Shown piece after piece: positions 17,501-27,200 of a DNA stretch of 64,000 bases. Location: the IMG/VR virus record IMGVR_UViG_3300035228_000987, positions 908 to 64,907 of that record; one strand, given 5' to 3'. The notes under the pieces are model-generated. The model was given only the letters and a program-made list of their open reading frames with translations, made no database searches and was not told where the DNA came from. A program made the position numbers and the translations under genes. This DNA is from a virus (taxonomy: Duplodnaviria; Caudoviricetes). Numbering within the stretch: the first letter of the stretch is position 1; every line of letters starts with the position of its first letter.

Positions 17501-19627
17501 ATCACTGAAAGTAATGGAATCTCAACAATATCGTTCACTTCTGCACCTATAGGCGGAGAGATAGTATCTATAGCATCAACTTCAACTCTAGGTTATCAAC
17601 CTCTGGTCAGTGCTGGTGGATCTGCAATAGTATCCGAATTAGGAACTATTCAGTCAATTTCTATTGGAAATAGTGGGTCTGGATATAGACCTGGTATCCA
17701 AACCCATGTTTCAGTATCTGTTGCATCTTCTTCACTATCTAATCCTACTATTGAAAAAGTTGGTGTAGCATCAATTTCAAATGGCATTGTCATTGGTGTT
17801 GATATCACAAATCCAGGATCTGGTTATACCTCATCAAATCCACCAAGAGTGATTATTGATGATCCATTCCCATATGCAGATCTAGAGTTAAATTATGCAA
17901 ATGGTTCTAGTGGTGTAGGTACTGGAGCAAGAGTATCAGTTATTGTTGGTCAAGGATCAAGTATTATTGATTTTGAGTTAACTAACACTGGATCTGGATA
18001 TGAAATTGGAGATGTCTTAACAGTATCTATTGGCGGAACGACTGGATTGGCTACTAATACATCTTATAGTTTCCAGCAATTTGAATTAACAGTTGATAAT
18101 CAATATCAAGAACAATTTAATGGTTGGAGTGTTGGAAACCTCACATTATTTGATAAGATTGATAAACTATTCAATGGTTTTGATAGATCTTTCCCTCTAA
18201 TGATTGATGGCGAAAGACAGTCCATCACGGCAAGAGAAGGAAGTGGTATTGACATTGGAATGACTTTACTTGTATTTCTAAATGGAATCTTGCAGGAACC
18301 TGGAGTTGCATATAAGTTTGATGGTGGAAGCACGCTAACATTTACACAACCTCCTGTGGTGGGTGAAGATTCAACCATTTTATTCTATCAAGGCAATGCT
18401 GATGTTGATGTGATTTTCAAAGATATCCTAGAAAGTGTAAAGGTTGGTGATAACTTACAAATTGTCTCCGATACCGTATTAAATCAAGATAAGAGAACAG
18501 TTTTTTCTATTGATTCTACCGATGTGGTATCTACCAATACATATGGTGGACAAGGAATTGTGACTACTGGTCTTGTTAGACCTGTTGAATGGTGTAAACA
18601 AACATCAGATAAGTTTATCAACGGTGATTATGTCGCTAAAGATAGAGAAGAGTATGAATATCTAATCTATCCGTCTACAAATATTATCAAAACCATTGAA
18701 TCTAATGATGATATTATTTTTGTTGAGAATATTAGTACTATTTTTGACTCCATAAATGAGAATCCAACTCCAATATCAACTAGAAAAGATATAACTATCA
18801 TTGATCAAGATACCGTCGTATCTGCCGCTGCAACAGCGACAATTAATGGATCAGGTAGTGTTACGTCATTTACTGTTACAAACTCTGGTGTAGGGTACAC
18901 ACAGGCACCTACAGTGACGGTAGAGAACCCAACTGGGGGTGGAACTGATTCAAGAGCAACTGCTACTGCAACTATATCTGGAGGAAAAGTAACTTCTATA
19001 TCAGTATCTTCTGGTGGATTAGATTATACTAAAGCACCTGTCGTCTTGCTTGAACCACCTAGAGTTAAATATGAAATTATTAAAAATGTTTCATATGCTG
19101 GAGATTTTGGAGTAATTGGTGGAATCTCTACAACATCTGTTGGTGTTGCACCTATAGGAATTGTATTTGATCTTTATATTCCAGAGAACTCATACTTGAA
19201 GGATTCTGCGATTGTATCAACTGCATCAACTATCAGTGCGATAGAAACTGGTTTTTACTTTATGGTTTCCGGAACCAATGTTGGATCAGGAGTTACCTCA
19301 TTAAATTCTAGTGGAGCAATAATTACTAATGGAACTGATTATCTAGATAATGTTTATGAAGCAGTCGCAGTATCCTTTGCACAAACAAGTGTTCCTGGGG
19401 TTGGAGTAACAGATGTTGCTAGGGTTACAGTAAGTGTAAGTGATTATAACAACCTAGACATCAGTTCTGTAGAGAGAGTTCATGGTAAATATTCTTGGGG
19501 TAAAATATTCACCTCTAGAAATTCCAGTAATTCTTATGAAATATATAATAATGGATTATCTGGAATTACTACCTCTCCAATCGTGAGAAGGGTGAATCCA
19601 CTGGAAAATAGTAATTACCTACAATAA
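5513..19627 (+). CDS. gp7: Giant baseplate wedge initiator gp7-like protein with several inserted domains
   Basis: Lies between g6 and g8; VENQLPDFV..FLKSYY, FYESKGT..LFRALYG and DSDYYQYFSY..HPAGFK motifs; uninterrupted 4704 aa. Confidence 0.85.
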   Translation: MINKRIKISNVVENQLPDFVKDTYPLATEFLKSYYRSQDSQGLPADLINNIDQYLKLENNTNLVSKTSLTRDIEFVDSIIPVESTTGFPDQYGIIQIDSEIITYTGITTNSFTGCSRGFSGITSHRSSNRPDELVFSSSERDNHTSGSDVNNLSILFLKDFLKKLKKQIAPGFDNRSLAKDLNQRLFLSRSKDFYESKGTSQAYEILFRALYGKDVDLNRPSDYLFIPSDAGYRVTNDLVVEAISGNPELLVNKTLFQDKNQYHKKAFGTITNVEKIFRGDNEYYVISLDADYGRDIDTNFGSVRGSFAIHPKTSILNNVSIGSTILDVDSTIGFAQTGQLSAKLPNGTTSLLSYTSKSSTQFYGVSGVSQSLGETQDVRQNTVAFGYTSRTQENPVQVRIGAVLSDLTVPDNTNLFEKGDKVEIKSLGKISEDIRTNNWFYNIKVEYNISKIIKQASTIFDLETNDSNILKKDDLISLTDNTGVSQTISIDTIFSDKRFRVKDLVLNENKIYSLKKLSLKGNSNSYPQISNLLANVQNTYLNEEDVYVTSNSIPSYSSNIEPENFLVNITGSFSGEELVIGSHPFYTGDAVQYVGTGLNISSGTYYVKVVNATTIKLSASKPNIENDKFFTIFGSTTDSKIVQFGYKGKTLEPQKLIRKLSKPEQRDQDYITSPGSIGIFVNGVELQNYKSQDVVYHGELENIIVSAEGRNYDIENPPILDIDDRFGSLATGKVSVKGDLKRIEIIDPGVDYLEIPTITISGGNGFGAIAESSLINYIHSVRFSANKASNQVDLTLNTISFNEIHKFRDGEKIFYKTSGGTPVGGLDDRSEYHVGVVDSFRVKMYRTLDDAAKGINPINLISHGTGAHEVSTVDYRKKVASIRVTDSGKNYENKHRQCTPVGIDTAKNSIKIDNHDYHNGDIVTYETNNTEVLGLSTLSSYYITKIDDNEFFLSQVGIGTTNKDQYYKSREFVDLRSTGSGLHNFNYEPISVKINGRIGLSTITTTNSILIDPSNIRSGVSTFVAGVGQSSFAFSYTPRLNRNQLIDVFVNGVRLSDSDFNSTSGSNIILNNSTGGGEIVEMVSYGSTVRTNDTSVYAGAGQTNFPFIYASGFLDVYYNGLKLPQRDYISDDGQSVVLKEGSIEGDLVELVTYPEIIKIEKTFTAQGGQTTFPFIHQSEYGLIDVYLNGVKLPTEEYDATSDLDIRLYEAANQEDVVYVSYIYLSEIIGLGKDFNAKIQPIFRGEINTAFVTNKGANYGSRDIVNYNRQPLFTLNSGKNAELIPVINQTTGGIEDVLVRNPGSGYNSVPDLKIIGTGSRAILTPIVKNGKLDRVIVINPGVQYDPNNTSLIIEASGLGAKFESQVQTWNINNFSKVFNKDKISLDEGFLYPGASSTLKYNHLYTPRRLRELLYGTRLFNGITQLEQDLRLDQNSREVESTQFHSPIVGWAYDGNPIYGPYGFETSTGGLIKRIKSSYVLTTNSASRPSLSSFPQGSFTNDWVYNGSGDLDEHNGRFCVTPEYPDGVYAYFTTISEDIDTIGPFKNYKRPVFPYVIGDSFNSKPNQFNFDVTSTEDYLDIGDTDWFRNTNPYGLISNDTTYQYIFDPNKVRKQTSIVEYAQPGSLTGIDILDGGENYKVGDNIILSSEVGRGASAQVDKIQGKSINTVSVATSYIEDVEFLSLGINGNYLGICSSPHDLNNADIISIAGISTYKNDLQKNFRITVKDSRVALGESIDSVDVTGIVTHLNLVNTPGYPTLLEDDILLLDSEEVKVLNIEANKSRIRILRSRVGTFHSSSTEVKQKSRRIEFKANYQKSGLTQINRKLYFDPPKTVAIAATWGVGITSTVFLDVLEYKIPASVSAGQSTILLLKNQKDITNFSGGGYVSLVNPTDSAFARKNVEVLAIGTSSITVDFDTSPLSGAGVTVYVNKVESAKIPTRSVYFENHGLETGDKVVYNSNSGSAISVIRDTTPITLTQNYELFVRRINNNVFSLTTSTVDLGTDVNDLQFTGIGTGEYHSFKTVRNNVITGQLERNLVTVATGSSHGLSLRDTVSVDVNVGITTTIKVFYNDRNRRLVVNKRSFISSDVDTIKDTIRIDNHGLYTGQKIILQTDSSTDFTNDELYYVIAFDSNKIRLSKTHFDSRLDLPSFINITQSFSGSIFQINPQIKYSGNQKVKFDLSDSSLSYISSSGQAFSAFEFNLYTDEKFENLYTTTGDLSEFNVTKTGAIGLNSDASLTFSSSLETPETIFYTLKPLPDVPVLVKKQLINDFDKIRSAHSLLKVDSVYSGNHSVVSTSSTTFSYVVSSQPETSRYTSNNANLSYESTSKTISGSISSIRITSQGSGYVNLPDISRVNTDNGNFSILNPYSTNVGRIKSTKIEDIGFDYPTDNTLRPSVNLANILQVERYSSIESIGISSAGNGYTTPPDLIIIDTVTNNILDVILKYELGSPEVKILKNTKDLYDSSPNIIPIHNSNSIGISTVEYDESTKDVIITLNKSFETTTSFPFNVGDEVMIESVGITTTGKGYNTKDYDYNYFTITSIEPRIGGVNPTVTLNLSGFLKLNEKPGEFDSDISSGKIVAVKNFPLFTISLLKNDFLLGETILTTDGTVGVVDKWNVLNNRLKILSPFGIFRNGLTIEGKTSGTKALIVDSSKIEGSYNIDSSSEVRQGWKRDTGFLNNAFQRLHDSDYYQYFSYELKSSVSLENWDEPVQTLSHPAGFKKFSNLIMEDSSIVGILTAQDEGDFTSTVDIINVTNVNCYSDWDLVTENYKFITGDLFSDEIIFGSKILQNYFESVTNKVLSIDNISDQFNSDERQDPFSVVDVYPLNQRYKKYITYVKDKRFTNERQLLMVTVLHDDIRGYLNQYGRLETSSDLGSFDFSIRAFEGNLDFYPVKFKKNNYDISLVSYNLEDQLVGVGSTGLGSVSEIQTQGITVPVGFADTSIAMATIEKSYKGAKVLVSIATTDSIHQYEEISILRNSSDEIAMLEYGQLIDESLSQTSVSGLGTYDAYVPYKLIPTVSAADYFNSSGIETSKGGTGTGPFGGFSIGDYTELTGNGLRQLTLPPEDARNYEFITVNAVVGSDFNGGEQPEATESLHAYYSIDGGSTYVDFGELVPYTGAHSLRNYTLEIPEEARTVNTLFRLRQQQNSGNGFDNFGIKHVIFESDRTYVNFYPNAGIAGTVNTLTVGLALTAGTGIGSMTFNTNTVESIYTGIGSTSSPVANRIAGWSTDIFNGGYLLVGIEDQTNNEYELFELLAAEDDLDQSITEFGNLLTSSGIGTIGIACTGVNLDITFTPNANIAANVRVFQHSLRLVDNFNTDTGIGFSNGSINSGNGVYRGTELDITRSFNIVHNNKDVFEKYFSPTSDPRKGPVISTNVVDLATNQISVDDHFFVSGEEITYSYPDVPGFEPIGIAQTTILGITTDKLPSRIYAVSSGKNGVKVAASASEALRVPPSVLDISSTGIGVSHRFTACKQNQKSLITIDNLIQSPVVATATTTILNKVVTTFDDSIIMKDITKFMSGDIVKIDEEIMRIDSINSSNNKVNVRRPWMGTNIGIHSLSTKVQLMRGNYNIIGNKLNFIDAPLGLNPIGSTTNQPNERDFTGISTSSVFSGRVFTKTGTIGDTQDPYNKNYLFDDLSDSFTGVTTEFTLTSSTPLDGEVFDITSESITFNGATWPVRGKLYVPNTPSPDSDVVVFYHGDIDDSSTTVLESAQNLFTYAKDILLLKDKIIFSAAYPQDDIPQANSLDGTIGGIENASFLYENNLNYARASLRWAKSTLNTYLTGNGVNKIVDKIYMFGHTQGGALVHKLNRFERTDGVIISAVNQIRLDLTCRSEETNGLVGTGKTISNINATCQKLFNQFGSAFNTAEYFNRSVQGYTTGLLAPVLYIQGQQDTTTNSNQVNLVDTLYASLQGQGNPTTSLLRVTGGQNAYIANADVHEEIRNFVKSDGASNIFKSEITGISTNNAIVVLNGIFQSPSRFGTNPIVNDYHITESNGISTISFTSAPIGGEIVSIASTSTLGYQPLVSAGGSAIVSELGTIQSISIGNSGSGYRPGIQTHVSVSVASSSLSNPTIEKVGVASISNGIVIGVDITNPGSGYTSSNPPRVIIDDPFPYADLELNYANGSSGVGTGARVSVIVGQGSSIIDFELTNTGSGYEIGDVLTVSIGGTTGLATNTSYSFQQFELTVDNQYQEQFNGWSVGNLTLFDKIDKLFNGFDRSFPLMIDGERQSITAREGSGIDIGMTLLVFLNGILQEPGVAYKFDGGSTLTFTQPPVVGEDSTILFYQGNADVDVIFKDILESVKVGDNLQIVSDTVLNQDKRTVFSIDSTDVVSTNTYGGQGIVTTGLVRPVEWCKQTSDKFINGDYVAKDREEYEYLIYPSTNIIKTIESNDDIIFVENISTIFDSINENPTPISTRKDITIIDQDTVVSAAATATINGSGSVTSFTVTNSGVGYTQAPTVTVENPTGGGTDSRATATATISGGKVTSISVSSGGLDYTKAPVVLLEPPRVKYEIIKNVSYAGDFGVIGGISTTSVGVAPIGIVFDLYIPENSYLKDSAIVSTASTISAIETGFYFMVSGTNVGSGVTSLNSSGAIITNGTDYLDNVYEAVAVSFAQTSVPGVGVTDVARVTVSVSDYNNLDISSVERVHGKYSWGKIFTSRNSSNSYEIYNNGLSGITTSPIVRRVNPLENSNYLQ

Positions 19628-19630
19628 ATA
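19623..19630 (+). promoter_or_regulatory. Late promoter overlapping gp7 stop codon
   Basis: AATAAATA contains the TAA stop and lies just upstream of g8. Confidence 0.6.
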
Positions 19631-19646
19631 GATAAAAACTCTAAAA

Positions 19647-21206
19647 ATGTCTGCAATTATAACTGACCAATTCAGAATATTAAGTGCTAAAAACTTTGTC
19701 ATATCAATAGCATCAACGGCGAACTCGTATTACTCGTTCGTTGGACTTCCCAATGCTACTGATGTAAATTCAACGTGGAATACTAATCCTTTAGCGCCAA
19801 AAGACAGTTTTAATGATGAAAATACCATTTGGGACACTGTTATTGGGTTAAAAAAGATTAATGAATCTGATGTCAAGCAGGTTGTTCGTAAAATAAATTG
19901 GACATCTGGAACATCATATGACATGTATCGTCATGATATTAGCAGAGATAATGTTGCTGAACCATCAGACTCAACTAGTTTGTATGGATCAAATTTTTAC
20001 GTGATGAATAGTGAATATAAGGTTTATATATGTTTACAAAATGGAACCAATCCAGAAAATCCAAATGGCAGACCATCACTAGATGAACCAAAATTTACAG
20101 ATTTAGAACCTAGATCTGCTGGATCAAGTGGAGATGGGTACTTATGGAAATATCTTTATACAATAAGTCCTGCTGATATTATCAAGTTTGACTCTATTGA
20201 TTTTATTCCTGTTCCATCCAACTGGGAAACATCAGATATTAATGCATCAATTAGAGATAATGCAAAAAATGGTGGACAATTAAAAGTTGTTACAATAACT
20301 AACCGAGGAGAAGGTCTAGGGGTTGCAAATAGAACTTATACTAGAGTTCCTATTAAAGGTAATGGATCCGGTGCCGAGGCAACTATTATTATTGGCAATG
20401 ATGCAAAAGTTGAATCTATTAATATTTCAAAAGGTGGTTCTGGATATACATATGGAACAGTAGATCTGGATGGTGGTGCTGTACCAACAGGATCTGTAAG
20501 ACCTGTTTTTAATGTCATTGTTCCTCCAACTGGTGGGCATGGTGCCGACATTTATAGAGAGTTGGGTGCAAAAAATGTTTTAATTTACTCCAGAATCGAG
20601 AATGATGCGGAAGACCCAGATTTTATAACTGGAAATGAAATCGCTAGAGTCGGTCTGATCAATAATCCAAAAGCATATAATTCAACTTCAAATCTTACTA
20701 AAGATAAAGCAAGTGCTTTATATGCAATTCGTTTGACTGGATCTGCAGTTACTTCTTTCTCACCATCTTCAGATACATTCATAACTCAAACTGTTGGTGT
20801 AGCGTCAACTGCGGTTGGAAGAATTATCTCATATGATAATGTTACTGGTGTTCTAAAGTATTGGCAAGAACAAAGTCTTGCAGGTTTTGACACCTCTGGA
20901 AATCAATTAACAAGTCCAAAATATGGATTATTAATTAATGAATTTTCTTCTACCGTTGGGTCTGGCGGAACAACTGAAATTTCCAATGAAGGAGTTAATA
21001 CCGGATTAAAGATTGATACCACATTTACAGGTATATCTACGGTAATAAATAATAGAACCTATAACCTTGGTCAATCATTTGTAAGTGGTGTGTCACAACC
21101 TGAGGTTGAAAAATATTCTGGTAATATAATTCACGTTAATAATAGACCTTCCATTACAAGATCGACCAATCAAAAGGAAGATATCAAAGTTATTTTGCAA
21201 TTTTAA
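19647..21206 (+). CDS. gp8: Baseplate wedge subunit gp8
   Basis: MSAIITDQFRI, YDMYRHD, YKVYICL, DGYLWKYLYT and C-terminal QKEDIKVILQF motifs. Confidence 0.93.
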   Translation: MSAIITDQFRILSAKNFVISIASTANSYYSFVGLPNATDVNSTWNTNPLAPKDSFNDENTIWDTVIGLKKINESDVKQVVRKINWTSGTSYDMYRHDISRDNVAEPSDSTSLYGSNFYVMNSEYKVYICLQNGTNPENPNGRPSLDEPKFTDLEPRSAGSSGDGYLWKYLYTISPADIIKFDSIDFIPVPSNWETSDINASIRDNAKNGGQLKVVTITNRGEGLGVANRTYTRVPIKGNGSGAEATIIIGNDAKVESINISKGGSGYTYGTVDLDGGAVPTGSVRPVFNVIVPPTGGHGADIYRELGAKNVLIYSRIENDAEDPDFITGNEIARVGLINNPKAYNSTSNLTKDKASALYAIRLTGSAVTSFSPSSDTFITQTVGVASTAVGRIISYDNVTGVLKYWQEQSLAGFDTSGNQLTSPKYGLLINEFSSTVGSGGTTEISNEGVNTGLKIDTTFTGISTVINNRTYNLGQSFVSGVSQPEVEKYSGNIIHVNNRPSITRSTNQKEDIKVILQF

Positions 21207-21212
21207 AGAATA

Positions 21213-24200
21213 ATGCCACAGGAAACTAACTTAAACGTCTCTCCATATTTTGACGACTTTGATTCAGACAAAAATTATCATAAAGTATTATTCAAACCAG
21301 GGTATCCAGTTCAAGCTAGAGAACTGACTACCTTACAGTCTATATTACAAAATCAGGTAGAACAATTCGGTAACAATATCTTTAAAGAAGGTGCGAAAGT
21401 AATACCTGGACAAACTATATTTAATAGCAAATATAGTGCAGTTGAAATTGATAATAGTTTTTCCGGAATTTTATTGTCTTCTTATATTTCAAAGTTAGTT
21501 GGAACAACAATCCGTGGTGACTTATCTGGAGTTAGAGCAAGAGTTGAAGCAGTCCTAACTGAATCACAGTCAGAGAGAAATAGCACTACTTTATATGTAA
21601 GTTATATCTCATCAAGTTCAAACAATATATCTGGAACTTTTGAGGATAACGAAAACTTAGTTACTGAAACTGGAATCCAATCTTCAAATATAATTTTCAT
21701 TGAAAATGAGTCTTTTGCGACAACAAAAAGTCGGAGTTCAACCTCTGATGCATCTTCATTTACCGTTCAAAATGGAGTATATTTTTTAAGGGGTGCATTT
21801 GTAAACGTACCAACACAAACAATTATTCTAGATCAATACTCTAATAAACCTTCATATAGAATTGGATTTAATATCCTTGAAGAAATTATTAACTCTGATC
21901 TTGATGAGTCGTTGTTTGATAACGCTCAAGGATATAACAATTTCTCTTCTCCTGGTGCAGACAGATTTAAAATTAGTGCGATTCTCACCAAGAAAAAAAT
22001 TACAGACTTTGATGACACTAACTTTGTAGAGATTTCTCTAGTTCAGGACGGCATTGTTAGAAATAATCCTAATGATACTCAATATAATTACATTACTGAC
22101 ACTCTAGCATCAAGAACTTTTGAAGAATCTGGTAATTATTATGTAAAACCATTCAAATTATCGTGTCTAGAATCACTTAACGATAATGAAGGAAACAATG
22201 GTGTATTCAAATCAAATCAACTGACGTATGAAGGGAATTCTCCATCAGATAATCTGTTTGTTTATAGATTGACTCCAGGAAAGGCTTATGTTAAAGGATA
22301 TAGAACTGAAATAAATTCACCTACATTTCTTGATGTAGAGAAGACTAGAGATACTAAAGAGTTAAAAAATCAGTCTATAAATTATTTTACTGGACCATCT
22401 TTTACGCTAAACAATGTTTCGGGATCTCCCGAAATTGGAATAAACACTACATATACAGTCAGTTTAAGAAACTCTAGAATTATTGATGACAAAGTTGCTG
22501 CTGGAAATGAAATCGGTGTAGCAAGAGTTTATGATTTTGTGCTAGAAAGTGGATCATATAATACTACATTATTGGACTCTAATGAGTGGAATGTTTCACT
22601 ATATGATGTTCAGACGTTTACTGAGATCACATTAAATACAGAAATAAGTTTAAATAGATCTACAAGAGTAAAAGGTAGATCTAGTGGTGCGGTTGGATAT
22701 TTGCAGAACTCAATATCAAGATCTAAAACACTAAAACTCAATAGTACCAAAGGTTCATTTATTAATGGTGAAACTTTTAGTTTCAATGGAATGGATAATG
22801 GTAGAATTTCTGTGGCAACTACCATATATGGACTAAATGATGTAAAATCAATATATGGAAACTCAGGAATTGGAGGTACTTTTAACTCTGATACGGCACA
22901 GACCAACTCCATAAACTTAGGAGAGTCTACTATTAGTGGTAGAAATACTGTTACTAATAGAAGTACTGTAGCAATTCCAAACATTACTTATTCTAACATT
23001 CTAAGAAAGGGTGGACTACTCTCTTATTTTGATAGTAGTAAATTTGTTCTTGAGCAGTCTTCCTTTAGAGGAATCACCACATCAGTAACATCAACAGATG
23101 GGTCACAAGATATTGAGGTTGATCATACTGTTGGCGCAACAGAGGCATTTGTTAATGGTATCAAACTATCAACAGATGGATATGTTTCGGTTGGATCATC
23201 AATTATTAGATTAAATGTTGCTCCAGAAATTGGAGATGTTGTTGAAGTTGTAAAATTTAGAGAAGGAATTCGTAATAAGCAAGAAATTATTGCTTATGAT
23301 GGACAATCGGTAATTCCATTTACAACTACAACCGCACTAAGATCTACAGATAAAGATAATACTCAAATCTTTATCAATGGTGTTTCTATCAAATCAGATG
23401 ATTTTGATATCAATACTACAGGATCTGGAAACATTCGTGTTAATCAATCTCTAGAAATCGGATCTAACATTGAGATTGTTGATTATGGTCTCGGAGATCT
23501 TGTTGGACTTTCTACTTTTACTCCAGATACCCCAAGAGAATCATTTAATGTAGTATACAATCCAAATAGAGTTGAAGTTTACGCTAACGGCGTAAGACTT
23601 GATAAGAGTGATTATACATCATCAAATGGAACAGCAATTACTCTAAACAACGGCACAATAGGATCTGGGGATGTTTTAGAGATAGTTGAAAGGAAGAATA
23701 ATATTGTTTCATCTGCTACGACATATACTGCTGTTGGTCTTCAAACTTCATTTGTTGCAACATACACTCCAGGTAGTGTTGAAGTTTTTTACAATGGCGT
23801 AAAGTTAGAATCAGAGGAGTATAACTCATCCAGTGGATCATCTATTGATTTCATAAAACCATCAAGAATTGGTGATGTTATAGAAATCGTTGCATATCCA
23901 TCAGGAATTAGAAATATAGTGAGAAGTAATATTACCTCGGAATCTCAAGATCAATTCTCTCTACCAAATTCAACTAGAGATTTTGAAGTTTTTATTGATG
24001 GTATAAAACTGACAAAAAATGATTATGCATTGACTAGATCAGATTTATCCTATGTCTTGGATTATCCATTATTTGCTGGTGATCACATTGAAATTAACTT
24101 GTTTGACAGAGAGTCTTATGGTACAAGCACTGTAACTGCGTTAGAAGGGCAAACGGAGGTCAATTTCAACTATTCACTAGGATTCTTAGATGTTTACTTG

Positions 24201-27200
24201 AATGGCGTCAAGATTGACCCATCAAACTATAATGCAAATAATGGTCAAACTATAGTGTTTTACGAACCTCTGTTTGTGGGAGATATTGTTCAGACATATA
24301 ACTATTCAACATCGGCATTTGTAACACCATTTGCAGGAATTAATAATAGATCATTTGCAGAAATTACTGATATTGATACCAATGGTGATTTTACAATTGT
24401 AACGATAAAAGGTGTTACATCAGTTGTAGGTGTTAATGAAGGTTCTCTACCTACAAGAGCAATAACTGTATCTGACTTACAGTCATTAAGAACAAAAATA
24501 CCACCATCTTCTGATAATACATTATTCACACCTCTACCAAGAAGAAATATTTCAGAAATAAATTTATCTTCATCACAACTCACAATTAAGAAACAATATG
24601 ATATAACTATTACATCAAACTCAACAAACACCATTTTTGCGGGAGCAAATGAGACATTCTTGCCCTATGATGAAGAGAGATATGTATTAACCTTTCTTGA
24701 TGGAAAAGTTCAACCTTTAAGAAAGGACATGTTTGTGTTCTCTGCAGGTGGAACTAGACTGACCATAAACGGACTTGAAAAAAATGGTCAGGCTAGATTT
24801 ATTACGACACTGAAGAAGATTAATATTAAGTCAAAGTCAAAGAAAAACAGAAAATCATCTAGTTTAGTAATTTCAAAGTCTGCAAATTCTTCTTCCGGAA
24901 TAGGAACAACTACACTTAATGATGGTTTGGCATATGGCACTTTCCCATATGGGACACGAGTTCAGGATAATGAAATTTCACTCAATACTCCAGATGTAAT
25001 TGAAGTTTATGGAGTATTTGAAGCATTTAAAAACGAGGATCCAAGTTCGCCAAGATTGACCTTATCATCATTAACTGGATCAAATACAACTACTATTGAC
25101 TTAATATTAGGAGAAACCTTTACTGGCACTACTAGCAATGCAAAAGGTGTATTTGTTGAAAGACGTGATGATCAAGTAATTGAATTTGTATATTTAAACA
25201 ATAATACATTCTCAACTTCCGAGAAGATTGTCTTTGATGAGTCTGGAATTGAATCTATTATTTCTTTAGTATCCCCTCATGGAAAAGATATAACCCAATC
25301 ATTTACTCTAGATAATGGTCAGAGAGATACTTTCTACGACTATGGAAGACTTGTCAGACAACCAGGTAAGAACGCGCCAACTAGAAAGGTAAAAGTATAC
25401 TTCAAAAGTGGATTCTATGATGCAAATGATGATGGTGATATAACAACAATCAACTCATATCAAGACTTTGATTATGAAAAAGAAGTTGAGTATTACAATG
25501 ATGCTCGTACTAGCGATATAATTGACATTAGACCAAGAGTATCTGACTATACTACAATTGAAGGTTCTAGATCACCATTTGAATTCTACGGCAGAAACTT
25601 CACCCAAAGTGGAAACAGTGCAAAAAATATTATTGCACCAGATGAATCTATTAATTTGGATTATAGTTTCTATCTACCCAGAATTGATAAGATTTTCTTA
25701 AATAAGAATGGTCTCTTTAAGATTGTTAAAGGCGTATCATCTGAGAATCCTACTCCACCAGAACAGGTAGAAGACTCAATTGAAGTTGGAGAAATTTTTA
25801 TACCCCCTTTCTTATACAGTGTAGATAATTGCTCAATTATCCAGAAGAAGTATAAGAGATATACAATGAGAGATATCTCCAGACTTGAGGGTAGAATCAC
25901 GGATCTTGAGAGATTTACAACCCTCTCAATGCTTGAATCGGATACTGCAAATCTTTTTATATCTGACAAGTCTGGTTTGAATAGATTTAAGTCTGGATTC
26001 TTGGTAGATAACTTCAAAAATTCAACAAATCAAGATGAAAGAATTGGTGTTAAGAACTCAATTAATCCCAATTATGGAGAAATGAGACCTTCTCACTATA
26101 CAACTTCTGTTGATCTACTTCTCGGTTCAGACTCAGTAATTGGTGCAGGACAAACATCAAATCCATATGTTGACCTCAATTTTGTTAATGATATCAAGGG
26201 AACAAATGTAGTCAAAACTGGCGATATTCTAAGTCTTAACTATGAAAAAGTTGAGTGGTTATCACAGACATTTGCAACAAGAACAGAAAAAGTTTCCCCA
26301 TACTTAGTAAATTTCTGGGAAGGAATTGTTGAACTATCACCCGATTCTGATACATGGGTTGACACTGTAAGAGTAACTCCATCCAACCTTAGTGTTAGTG
26401 GAAACTTTACATCATCAATAGATAAATTTGCAAGATCTGAAGGATACAATGCTCAGAATGGATTTATTCCATCTATCTGGGAATCTTGGAACATTTTATG
26501 GAGTGGAAACTCCAAAATGCTGGGCAATTCTACACAAGCTGATCAGAAATCAGTTTATCCTAGATTCTTCAACACTGATGACAGATCATCAAACAATGGT
26601 GACATCAGATGGGTTGGATTGGAGAGAACTGGAAGTGGATATACTATAGAATCAATTACCTCCGATAATGATACTTCAACAACACAAAGTATTGCAACTC
26701 AAGAGTTCAATACCAATGAGGCAGGGGAAAAAGTTGTATCTGATGACATTACATCGTATGTAAGATCTCGTAACGTAAAATTTAAGTCTGATAAATTAAA
26801 ACCAAGCACAAGAATGTATGCATTCTTTGATGGTGTTGACGTTAATGAGTTTATTGTACCAAAACTTATTGAAGTTACAATGGTTTCTGGCAAATTTACT
26901 GTTGGAGAAACTATTTCTGGATATGTTCCTGGTCTTGACTATAGTGATGTTTCATATGGCGCAAATCCAAAGATAACTTTCAGAGCAGCAGTACCAAATC
27001 ATAAAGTTGGTCCTTATAACAACCCGACAAAAATTTATGAAGATAATCCATATAATAGCACTCTAACAGTGCCTGCTGCATATTCTTCAACATCAACTAT
27101 CGTAAACGTTGATACGTTCTCGTTAGCAAATGAACCTCAAGGAGAATATTTTGGTTTCATTAAGAGACAAATGAGATTATATGGAGAAACAAGTGGGGCA

